Below, in pieces: positions 49,001 through 60,000 of a stretch of 64,000 nt of DNA. The notes beneath the pieces were generated by a model. The model saw only the letters and a list, made by a program, of their open reading frames with translations. It was not told where the DNA came from and ran no database searches. The translations under genes and the position numbers were made by a program. Within the stretch, counting starts at the first letter, position 1, and the number at the start of each line of letters is the position of its first letter. The stretch comes from Stylophora pistillata (lineage: Eukaryota): positions 10,036-74,035 of the forward strand of contig NW_019218015.1 of assembly GCF_002571385.2 (NCBI RefSeq), given 5' to 3'.

Positions 49001-52000
49001 ACTCACCAAGTGGCTAGTGACATCTTAGATGTTATGACAATTTCAGTTTGTTTACTAGCAAAACTGGCTTGTGGAAATCGAAATCCACAAACTAAACCTG
49101 AATTTCTACTAGTTTGTGGCTAGTTGGCTACCATTAGTGTCGAGCCCTGAGTGCTCTTCAGAGATTTTTAAAGTAGATGGCCATTCAAGGACGGTAGCTG
49201 CCCCAGTAATATAAAAATTGTTCGCTTATCACCTTTGGGTAAAATTAGACATTTTCTTCACCTGTGACAGAATCAGTTGGACCAAGCCTGAAGGCTTGTT
49301 CTTTCTGTAGTTTAATTCTTTCTTTCAACCTTGCAAGTGCATCTGTAATCAGAAGTAAATAGAGATACTCTTCAAGGTCCCTTTTCATACAAATATAGCC
49401 CTATAATTATAATTTATTCATTACTAGTGTGTATCTTTATAATAACTATGATCAGATGTGCATTCCTAAAGTATATATTATATAAAAAAGAATTTAAAAA
49501 ACTTAAGTATATATTATATAAAAAGAGAAAATCTCTAGTAAGTAATTATTATGCAAGACTAAAAAGATAGGTCCTTAGATAAGTTTTAAAACTAGTAACA
49601 CATGTGATTTCAAAGCTCACTCGCACCTTATAGCAGCAGAAGACTTTATTGCAAACTTTTACTTTTACCCTGAAATTAACACTTTAACTTCTGAGATCTG
49701 ATTGTTAATTCTCCCCTCTTGCTGCTACACATTTCTTTCTAAAGCAGTTATGAGAATTTGGTATTGGTTCAAGATGAAAATTTATAATTGAAAAGACTGA
49801 GTATTCTCACTACCTCTTTGCTAGATAATGTAAGAATGTTATAAGGAGAGGTTACATGTTCATCATTTATGGGAGTTGAAGGGATAATTCCACAGTAGCA
49901 ACCAATTGCAGTTCTTTTGAGGACAGTCCTTAACTCAGAAAGCTACACAACAAATGCACAAATTAACTCTCTTCTAGTTTAAATGTAGGACCAGAAAAAA
50001 AATTGATAGAAAGAAACATAGAATACCGGAATTATTAGCTATTACAGGTCTGAGCCCAAGCGAGGATGTTGGACGAGTTTCACTCATGGATGTTCTAGCT
50101 GTACTGCTAACTTCCAATGAGTCATCAAAGCTAGAAGAAGAAGGGATGGTTGAAAGACCTTGAAATCTGACCGGCGATCTACGACTTGGTTGCTCATTTG
50201 TCCTATAGATTGATGAGTAAGCTGTTGTCAAAACAGGATCCAGACCCTCAGTTACAGCTGGGTATGTAGGAAAGATAGCAGGTGGATTTCTTGGGGTGGT
50301 ACTGCTTCGGAGCTCAGTAGAGAGACTATCCCTTGATGGAGGAGATAACAAAGAGGTGGGTGCAGGTGCTCTGATTGTAGACTCCTGTTTGTTCCCATTC
50401 TATAGATCAGCCAAAGTAGGAAAAAAAATAAAAGGCCTCAAACAATTGATACATGTGCATAGCATGAAAACTTTACAGGAAATTCATTTAGCAGATTGGC
50501 AATTCTTTATGTTTTGTGAGAGCAAATTTTTGTGATTGATTGAGTGATGTTGGTAACTACTTTTTTATTTTATTTTCATGCAGCAGAAAGAAAGCAGTGA
50601 AAAAGAGTATTTTCTCATTTTCTAACTTAATGAGTAAAACAGAGAGGAGCTGGTTAGTCAATGAATTGTAGAGATTTATCAGCTAACTAATTTTGCCAGC
50701 TGATGACATTTAGCAACAGCTGTGTAAATCTAATAAGAACTTGAACTACGAGTGATAACATAACATGCAAGACGTTGGGCTTTACAAGACACTGTATCAA
50801 TCAATTGGTCAATCGCCATGGCCAGACCCAAAATATCATGAATCCAAACTTTCCTTACCAATGAAAACTCGGATGATCTTCTCACAGGTGAGTTAGCACG
50901 ATCTTCTCCCAAAACATTTGCAGATCGTGCACCTTGTCCATATCGACCTGGTCGCAGTTCATATCTGGACACCCGTCCATATCTCTGTGTCTCAGAGAAT
51001 ATTTCTTGTAAGGGTTCATCATTATCCTCCACTCCAGAACCAAGACCTGCATTTGCTTCATTTATCCTTGCTTCAGCAGCTTGGAGCTGTATGAAACAAT
51101 TGAGATCTTCATAAACATTAAAAATGCACAGTCACTGTTTATTATCCAACTGCACTATGTAGAGTACAAATAACACAGAGCTCTGGACATAAAAAAAAAC
51201 ATATCAGACATTTTGGTGAGTAGTATTATGTGTAGCTTTATCAAAATATTTGCACAACTCGAAAGACCACACTTAGAGATACTAGAGCGCACTATGATAT
51301 CTACAGCTCTTTCCAAATATTGGCTAGAAATGCAGAACCCCAATAATCTACGTATGTGATCATCAAAATACTAAACTACAATATCAGTCAATGGAAATGT
51401 AACAAACAAAATGCTGTACAAAAAAACTCTGTAACACAACATGACTCCTATACTTCTAAGTGAAGTCCTACAAGCTATGTAACATTTGAAAGTTCAATAA
51501 CCTGGCTGATGTTCGCTCGTTCAAGGAGACTTTATCAATTCAAATCAACATATCAATTGGAAAGTGAATCAAATGACTCGAAGCGTCAATAACACGTAAA
51601 CGTTTTTTTACGAATGCAGGCCCTCCAAAATATTTCATATTTTTAATTTAATGTCCAAAGAAGAAGCAAATCAAAAGCTCGATCATTAACGATCACCTAG
51701 CAGCCCACCTGTTACAATGGAACCAGACATAAATGTACGTGATCGAATTTCACTTACCGCAGACTTCACTTCCCCGACGTTTTCCCATGCTGCTGCCAGG
51801 TCTGCAAAATTATAATTTAAATAATACTCACTTTTTCGAGTACCTAATGATAAATGAGGTTTTTAAAAAGCGTAGCAGAGCACACTCCAACTCTGTTTGG
51901 CACAGGTTTTAAAAACATATCATGAATCAACACAAAACAAGGCGATTGATCACACGAACCTTGCAAAATTAGTTAAGCGAAACCAAAGAGCAACGGTCAC

Positions 52001-52156
52001 AACTAACATTTTTTTCTCACTTCCTTAATTTACCATTTCTTCAAAAACACTACCTGAGAAAGAAGTGTGGTACTTTCCATCTCTCGGTAAAGGGCCACGC
52101 TGAACCGGGACGGGATCTACGATGCGTCGACCACGAAACAGCGTCGACGAAGCCAT
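11182..52156 (-). CDS. CEP350: Centrosome-associated protein 350 (CEP350/CAP350) homolog, 39 exons, about 3320 codons, with one in-frame TAA at 34599-34597
   Basis: Phase-consistent exon chain: 52156-52054, 51801-51758, 51086-50859, 50399-50027, 49342-49262, 48483-48328, 47828-47700, 47113-46763, 46347-46192, 45178-45068, 44614-44553, 44283-44185, 43937-43788, 43277-43238, 43084-42842, 42494-42462, 41404-41189, 40363-40320, 39120-38824, 38212-38146, 37540-37468, 37106-37045, 36346-36105, 35256-35041, 34644-34384, 33911-33822, 33441-33334, 33236-33183, 32809-32415, 31395-31151, 30660-30464, 30083-30045, 29255-28977, 28394-28191, 26274-25916, 20846-20635, 19593-19129, 15039-14882, 14502-11182. 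CEP350-type motifs: DLAAAWENV, RKVASAPAAPAYKGF, ITTSSWRTGQQTVKRILGP, KQRHYDTDEVK, SVINIFTRR, AELNRLEYMEESVRQL, LPSESHRR, LLRLREKALKEKTRAEMAWLE, SDHSDIESRVRRL, and C-terminal EEPLWVDYDDDELAVKFQVADAIFESLL. Confidence 0.9.
27700..27875. mobile_element. MITE with CAGGGCTCGACACTAAC TIRs (hAT-like); second copy at 48977-49149
   Basis: Perfect 17-bp TIR; two highly similar copies in the window. Confidence 0.8.
29565..29815 (-). mobile_element. Degenerate copy of the same SINE family
   Basis: The reverse complement matches the core (TTGTGTTATGTCCTTGGGGAAGACTCTCTCCTCACACAGTGTCTC...ATAAATGAGTACCGGC). Confidence 0.65.
29936..30033. repeat. Tandem duplication, 2 x 48 bp
   Basis: ACTGAAATCCA(T/C)CATTATACATCACAAC(T/C)ACCAATCAAACGGAAACAA repeated twice. 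Confidence 0.85.
33540..34320. repeat. Two copies of a CCAATCA-rich interspersed repeat flanking CEP350 exon 33911-33822
   Basis: 33540-33775 and 34040-34320 share AAGCG(C/T)G..AAAACG...TCTGATT...GGCGCGA...GGACCAATCACAG...AAGCAAAACCAA. Confidence 0.65.
40775..41125 (-). mobile_element. LINE (CR1/L2-type) 3' fragment with (TTAC)n tail, inserted in a MITE
   Basis: (AAGT)n tail next to a - strand AATAAA; short GSVVWNYLP-like RT C-terminal peptide; MITE halves on both sides. Confidence 0.65.
45568..46135 (+). mobile_element. Internally deleted hairpin-ended element retaining the start of an ORF (Crypton-like, inferred)
   Basis: About 130-bp hairpin at 45999-46130; ATG at 45727 gives MADNLNHISGD*ESEWLANIDPSSLDESNEEKQLDNQKISLFIEENRNSNTT. 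Decayed relatives at 39985-40095 and 51137-51330. Confidence 0.6.
47114..47699 (-). other. GC-AG intron in CEP350
   Basis: Exon ends AAAG|GCAAGT, the consensus GC donor; phase 1 matches the next exon. Confidence 0.8.
48977..49149. mobile_element. MITE, same family as 27700-27875
   Basis: GGCTCGACACTAAC...TTAGTGTCGAGCCCTG; internal sequence aligns with the other copy. Confidence 0.8.
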
Positions 52157-54043
52157 CAAAAAACTTTCGCTTTCGTCATCGGGAGAGCATCAGACAAAGA
52201 CAAAAAAACTTCCGCCATATTCTGTTAGCGCTCAGGAAACTTTGGATGGTCCGTATTTCGACTGATGCTTCTCCTGTTAATTATCCTCAAGAATTCCTAT
52301 ATGTTTTTGAATGAAAAACACTTTGAAATCATAGATCTATTTCAGGCAAATGACCCAACTACAGCCCGCCATTTTTTGTTTTCAGGGCAAAGCAGTGTGG
52401 GAAATCAGCAGCGCTTGGTGTCTCATGGGAATTATCATCTCGGCAGTAGATGTGGCGGGGGACGGGAGCCTACGTGCAACAACGTGTAGCCGTACCCTCT
52501 CCCCCAAGGAGAAATGGAAGATAGCAGAGAAAGGTACAGCTACACGTAAGCTTGTAACGGGAAGGAGCATATTTTTTGCCTCAGAGAACACTTCCTCTCT
52601 CAATGCAAGTAATGTCAGGCACGGAGAGTGCCAAGATGACATATGAAGCAGACAGTCATAAATTATTATTCATAAATATATTTGATAAGTGAGGTGGCCA
52701 TTACATCTATAGAATGAGGTGCCATTGCTAACGGTTTTATAATAACTTAGATTCGACAAAACATTCCAAAATCCTCCAATCGGTAGGGGCGAGGTTATTA
52801 AAAAATTTACCATATGTCTTTAAAGGGGCATAGGTACGAGGAAGGGGGGAATTAATTTAGCCTTTTTTTTTTCTTTTTAAGAAGGTCGCAAGTATACGCA
52901 ACAGAATTTTTCTTGCATCGTACTCGCTTGACTCTACTAACCTGTCATACTCAACAATCAGGACATCTTTTCACGCACTCGCGCTTGTATGGTATTTCGA
53001 ATAAATATAAATGTATATAATTATTGGGAGGGGTACGAATTGACCACGGTACCGGTTCGAACCGACTCAAGTAGGTACGAACCGACTGTAACTGATCGTA
53101 TCATGTCTACATTTTCAGGTTTACATTTTCAACAAAGTTTCTAGAATGGGGTTTTTGGGTGTGCGAAAAATTGTGGTAAGTAAGGACCTAAAAATGGAGG
53201 GTTCTTAAAGTGACTAGGATGGGGTCTACTTTTTGGCCACGATTCCCAGAATACACTCTAATGGAGAAGAAGCGGCACCTAACCAGCGAGTACCCCTGTC
53301 CTTTCCCCACCTCCGCTCGGCAAACAACCCGCTGGTTAGAATATGATTGGTCTGTCCCTATTGGATGTGGCACTTTGTGCGGATCAATATTAGCTGAGTT
53401 GGTTGAACCTGGTGGCGATCTTCCCTGGAATATTTTGTTTTTGCACTTTACTTCACCACATTACGTTCATTGACTTTAGGAATTTTTTTTTCCAACAATA
53501 TAGTTTTATCCAAACATTTTTCTCGGGAATCGTTCATAAAGTTTGATTGATGATAAAGAAAGCAGGGCTTTCTTTGGGTGAGCCCACTTTCGGAGGAAAA
53601 AGTAAGGAAGAAGGAAAAAGCGTCGTTTTAGAAATATCAATTATTTGCGTCGGGCAGGAAATTTTAAAAGAGCATTGACGCGAAACATCGCGAGAGAACT
53701 GGGTCGAGTGGATAGTCAAATTTCGAAATCCAAAAGTAGATAAACAGACAATCTTAGCAAGATTACACATGTGATCATGAAAAGTAAGGTGAAGGCAATT
53801 TCACGTGTATGATGTCTTCTAAACGTGAACAGCGTCTATAATAACAATTGATGTGATGCAAAGCTTTAAAACGTTGTTTTGGTCAAGTCGCAACGGATTA
53901 GAAACTGGCGATTAAGTTATTACTGGTTCAGTCCGACGAACCCGCAACTCGCTTTCAACAATAGACTTCGTTGTGCTATTGCGAACAGCCATTGGCAACC
54001 AATCCTTATTTAAGGAATTTTTGGTTTTATTGGATCAAGGAAA
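52157..54043. promoter_or_regulatory. Divergent promoter region of CEP350 and GPSM2
   Basis: CpG-rich region between divergent ATGs. Contains an ETS/YY1-like composite ACTTCCGCCATATT near 52208-52221 and a second CCGCCATTTT near 52366. Confidence 0.55.
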
Positions 54044-57000
54044 ATGGCAGTGCAAGCATCGTGTATGGAGCTTGCATTGGAAGGTGAAAGACTTTGCAAA
54101 GCGGGTGACTGCCGCACAGGAGTAAGTTTCTTCGAAGCAGCGGTCCAAGTCGGGACAGAAGATTTGAAGACGCTAAGTGCGGTATATAGCCAATTAGGGA
54201 ATGCCTACTTCTATCTACAAGAATACGAGAAAGCCCTGGAATTTCATCGCCATGACTTAACCCTAGCAAGAACACTGGGAGACAGAGTTGGGGAGGCTAA
54301 AGCAAGTGGAAATCTTGGGAACACCTTAAAGGTTTTGGGAAAATTTGACGAAGCCATAGTTTGTTGCACTCGACATTTAGATATTTCACGGGAACTCGGT
54401 GATAAGGTAAGCTTGCATGATTTGTAATGATTTTTCAGCATCCTAGATAAATATTTCACTTGGGTTTCAGTGTAAGGTTTAAGATGTAGAAAAATTGATT
54501 TGCGGGAGCAGTTCAAAGGTGACGGTGAAATTTCTTAATGGTGCAATCAACAACAATGGGGGATTTTAGATCTTTCTTTTGTTCAAGTTGATCAAGCCAT
54601 TTCTCTTAGTATCCTTTGTTATTGATGTCATTTTTCTTTCGTTTTGATAGCTCTTTAGTGGTATGCGATTTATATAATGCTCGGGAGTGTGCTATTTTTG
54701 ATTCACTGGGAAGCATTCTTGCGGTCTTCTGGTGGTCAAAATAAACATTGGCTTTCTAAAGTTTACTAATTGTAGTGCGAAAGTGCACACATGCAATCAA
54801 CCGCTTGTACTCATTGCGGTGGTCGCCGATAATTCTTGCCAGCCACGCAACGGTACTTTACCAAACAGAAATAGCCATTCGAACTTCAATTGAACTTAAC
54901 GTCAGCTCTGAAAATAAACAGTATTAGTCCGATATATTGTTATATTGAATTTTTTGTTAAACGCAATAGAAGAATACGAAGGCATTATTAAATTAAATAT
55001 ATTCTCTACTTATGCCAGCAGTTGTTCTAATGCAGTTCGAACCATTGATTGAAAGTGATTCGAATAAGGGACAATGTTACCACAGAACACTGAACACTTT
55101 TTTTTATTGTTATGGAAAGTATCGTGTTAACGGTAAATTGTGATCCTTGATCCAAAAACCGACGTGTTTCAGACCTCCTTGAGGCAAATACCAGCATGAT
55201 GTACTTGTATTGTACTCACGAAGTAGGAATATCATCTTTTTTTAAGCACATTTACGCGATCGACGCGAAAATTGCATCCTTAAAAAAATTGATAGTTTTG
55301 TATCCCAGCGAGGGCGTAATTCAATGCCTTGTTACGTACTTTTCGAATGAGCAAATTCAAATCCTGTCGGTGTAGATTTCATTTCCTTGATGTGTGTGTA
55401 TTTCACCAATTAAATCGAACGTAACGACGCTGATCGAAACTTATTTGCTAACAAAGAGATTGACGAAATGTTTTTTTTATTTTTCCGAGTTCTTTGCCTA
55501 CCAAAAAGATTGATTTAATTTCGTGTATGATTTAGTGACATAGTGGTATTCAAAGCCACTGGTAATATTATTGGTTACCAAACTATGCAAATGTAGATGT
55601 CTCTTTTAAAAGTCGTGATAACTTCGGAAGTGTAATATCGCGTGAAATATCCGGTGTAACGTATATTATTTGCACTTAATATTATAGCCTTTCGGTATTG
55701 CAGTGCATAATATTTCTTCAGTCAATAACACTGATTTCTATGTTCTGGAAATCTGTAAAGTTCATCCCACATTCTTTTTCTTCTTTATAACATGTTTACT
55801 TTGGATAATTGGCACAGAGGCTGTGGATTGCCCTAAATTGAATAACCTGTATGCAACACTTTTTTCTATATCACCCACCCTACTTTGTAATGGATATTTA
55901 TTAAACATGTTTACATTTTGCAGTTTAACAGGAGTTTTTGTCGAGCAAAAATTTGAAAAAGGAACTCTTTATTGACAAGCCTTGGCAGGCACAATCTTCA
56001 AGACAATTTCAACTGTCATACATTTTATTTTAACATTGTTTCCACAAGAATATGCAAACTTTGTAAATATTGTAAATGTGATTTGCATATATGCTTGAAC
56101 AGGTATTTTTACTCAATTTTTAGCCTTCTTAAAACTCTTAAAATATTGTCCTTGTTGGGAAGGAAATGCGTCAAAGTTTCTAGTACATTCTTACCGACTG
56201 GTTACCCTTTTTGTCTGCCGCTTTAAGAATATGGCTGGATAAAATTAAGTATCTAAGTTTTAGCTGATCACTGGAGGGGGAAATCAGTAATTTCATTTTC
56301 TCAATAGTGATATTCCAGCTCAGGTACTTAAAGAGCCACATCCTACTTGGTTTTTGATATTGGCGAGTGACATTTTTGAGAACCTTGGAGCCATTTTATA
56401 AGATTAAAAGATCATCCATTTTCTTCTTAACATTTAGCTCATACACAAGATCAGGGACCAGTCTTTGAGTGTCTTTGAACATATGTCAAAGAATTTTCCA
56501 AGATTTTTATTCTAGATGATGATTTGTATAATTTGGCATTACAAGGCATTAAAAGTAATTTCTACTGGAACTGGCAGTCCACAAGCTCCAGTCTTTTAAA
56601 AACTCATTAAAAAGAAGACTAAATAGAGTAGAGTAGAGTAGACATCTTTATTTATACAGGAGAGCCGCTTCAGTGTAGTAAACACTGGTATCAATGGGGG
56701 TCCTGTTACCCACCCATCCCACCCCAGGGGAGGACATCCATCACACAGTAATCTCATGCGTGGGAAATTAACGTCTCCTGCCCCTAACCCTGCAGGAGAC
56801 GGGACCCCCATTTATTTGTTCCTATCCGAGAAGACTAGTCAGAATATCTAACCATTTCTTGATGTTATAGAAAGTTAGCATATTCTTCTCAATAACTTTG
56901 CAGCTTGTTGTGGAACTATTATTGTGTTTTGTGAAATTAAGTCGAACACAATTCAAAACTTAAAGAAACCATGATGCAGCAGTATACTGATAAATGCAGC

Positions 57001-60000
57001 TTATGGAACAGGAACATTTTTCTGGTCTCAGTCAAGCAAAGTCAAATTTGATGGGAGCCTAAAGAGTCACTTTGGTCAACTTGCACTTGCTTCTAGTCAA
57101 CTGGTCAACACATAAGATAACACCTGTCCTGCAGAGAAGATAAGAATTAATAAGCAATTACAGCTACCTTTTTTAGTATTAATTATGGCATTTAGATGTG
57201 AATGTATCCTCTGTTTTGTTTAAAAATGATTGTCATCCTTTGGTGTTATTGAACACTTTGATTGGTTAACTGATTGGCTGGTTTGAGTTATTGCAGAGTA
57301 AATTCATTATGTACCACTAGTGATGTAGAGCAGCACTTTAAACAGTGATATTGTAATGTTATAAAGTTAGCCAACTTGTAAAATTGGGTTGTTCCGATGC
57401 TGTGGCATACAAGAGTTGCATGGTGTCCCTGAGTAGCATAGTGTTATAAATTCAGGTGTGAAAATCAAGTGAGGCCAGGACATCCAGAGTAAAATAGTGG
57501 GAACTATATAAATTAAAAAAAAAAAAGGAAAAAAAAAGATCAGAGATGTAAAAATTGTTATTAGATTCCTCTATGTGAAAGAACAACCCCTAATATGTGA
57601 TGCACTCCCAACATGTTGCTTTTTAACTCAGTTCCTGGAAGGCACAGGTTCAAATCCTGTCAAGACCTGAATTTTTCTCGCTTAACCCTTTTTACTCCCA
57701 GAAGTGATTAACATGTAACCTCTCCCTGTAACACAGCACACAGGTATTGAGAATGCTCAAACTTATCACGTTAAAGTTGATGTCTTGATTTAACACAAAA
57801 TTCTCCTAACCAATAAACAAGGAATTAAACTTTAAACTTTAATGATAAATACTCCAAAAAAAAGGTTTTTCAGTACCTATTTACAAATATGAATGCTAAC
57901 TATATCTGACAAGCTATTGTTAAATTCTAAATTCTGTCACTCAATCATTCATTCATGGCAAGTTTCAGGACTTTCTTGAAGGCCTTTACAGATGTAACCT
58001 TTCTCAGGTCTTTGTCTAACATGTTCCACAGAGATACTGTTCTATAGGCAAAGGACCTTTGGCCAGTAGCTGATCTGAATAATGGAATGTCAATCTTCTC
58101 ATTATTACGAGTTATGCGATTATGTACAGAAGATCATTTTTTAAACTTAGCACATAGATATTCAGGAGCTAAATTGTTGACACACTTATAAGCTATAACA
58201 GCATCTCTGAATTTGAGTATTTTGTCAACTGGAAGCCAGTTGAGTTCATCCAGTAATGGCGTTACATGGTCAAATTTCCAAGCGCCACAGATGACTTGCA
58301 GGCAAAATTCTGGATGAGTTACAGCTTTTGTATGTTCTTAGTTGAGGTATTAGACCACACGGACGAACAGTAGAACATTTTGCTAATTGTGTAGCAGCTA
58401 GAGGGGAGAATTAGTTACAAGATCTTGGGATGTAAAGGGTTTACTGTATTTATTTGTCTATAAACCGAGTGATTTTCTTACAAAACTTTTAGCAAAATCT
58501 CAAAAATTTGAGCTGGAGAAGGGTCCTTGGCTTATAGCCAAATGTTTTTCCAAACAAAATTTTTCCAAAACAGCGAATTCAAAGGAAACATAGATTTATT
58601 TGTCTATAAGCTGAGATACTGCATGCAGAAATGAATAACAAAGCAAGTTGAAGTTGGTCATTGACTTTGATTTATGTGGTGGCTCCTAAAGCTTCCCGAT
58701 TAAAACAGATCCAACGTTAGGGTCTTGGCTTAAAGCTGAGTTTGGCCTATAGATGAATAAATACGGTAATTGCAGGTCACCTGTGAGGATCATTAATCGT
58801 CATGACTTTTTTAGATGTAGGGATGTGGCTAAGCTTGAGGTACATATGGCAGATTTATAAGGATGGTACATTATACTTATTGGTGGTGGCGCGGTAGCCT
58901 CATGGTTAGTGCGCTCAACTCCGGATCAAGTGGTCCGGGTTCGAGCCCCGGTCAGGACATTGTGTTGTGTTCTTAGGCAAGACGCTTTACTCTCACAGTG
59001 CCTCTCTTCACCCAGGTGTATAAATGGGTACCGGCAATTTAATGCTGGGGGTAACCCTGCGATGGACTGGCATCCCATCCAGGGGGGAGTAGAAATACTC
59101 CTCGTCGCTTCATGATACAGAAACCAGAGTTAAGCACCGGCCTAATGGGCCACTAGGCTCGTAAACAGACTTTACCTTTACCTACTTTGTGCTTGTTGAC
59201 AAGGGTCCAAAATGGGACCTGGCTAAAGTTTGAGATTTCAAGGGATTAGTGGATATAACAGCCATGAAACACAGACAGCATGAGGCAAGCTGAAATTGTG
59301 AAACTCCAAAGTGTCAAAGGGTTAGCACATCCAAGACTTAAGAGAATTTGGCACCGCTTTTTATGTGTAGTAAAGACAGACAGTTTTGAGAAAAGGGTAA
59401 CAGTAATGAAACGCTAAATTTTCTCTTGATTTTAAGGTCAAGAAATTGTGATAATCAGCACTTTATGAAGAGAATGAGAGATAGAGCATATATGTCAGTT
59501 ATGAGACTGGATTAAATGGTGAATGCTATCTAAATTGCAGATTGGTGAAGCCAGAGCCTTGTATAACCTTGGAAATGTGTATCATGCTAAAGGTAAACAC
59601 TTTGGTCGAAATTTCCACCAAGATCCTGGAGAATTTCCTGAAGAAGTGCGGTCTGCACTGGAAAGAGCTATTGAATTCTATGAGTAAGTTATTCCTATTT
59701 ATCCCTTTAAGATTTCTTTTGATAAATTCTATCTGTAATCTTATGTCCAATGTCAATCCGTAGAGGAGTAAAATTTGTGTGCATGCCTCCCCTATTTCAA
59801 TCACTCAAATTTTTTATTGATTAATTTTAGAGCCAATCTTTCCATTGTGAAAGAACTTGGGGACAGAGGTGCACAAGGGAGAGCCTGTGGCAATCTTGGC
59901 AACACTCACTACTTGTTAGGAAACTTTGAACTGGCAATCATGTTTCATGAGGAGGTGTGTGTGTGTTTTTTTTTCTGCTATTTACTTTGTTCATTTCACC

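Noticed and set aside
58885-58960. tRNA-like sequence (also 7465-7535, 28100-28130, 57635-57670)
   Set aside because: These are SINE heads followed by SINE bodies or remnants; no complete cloverleaf.
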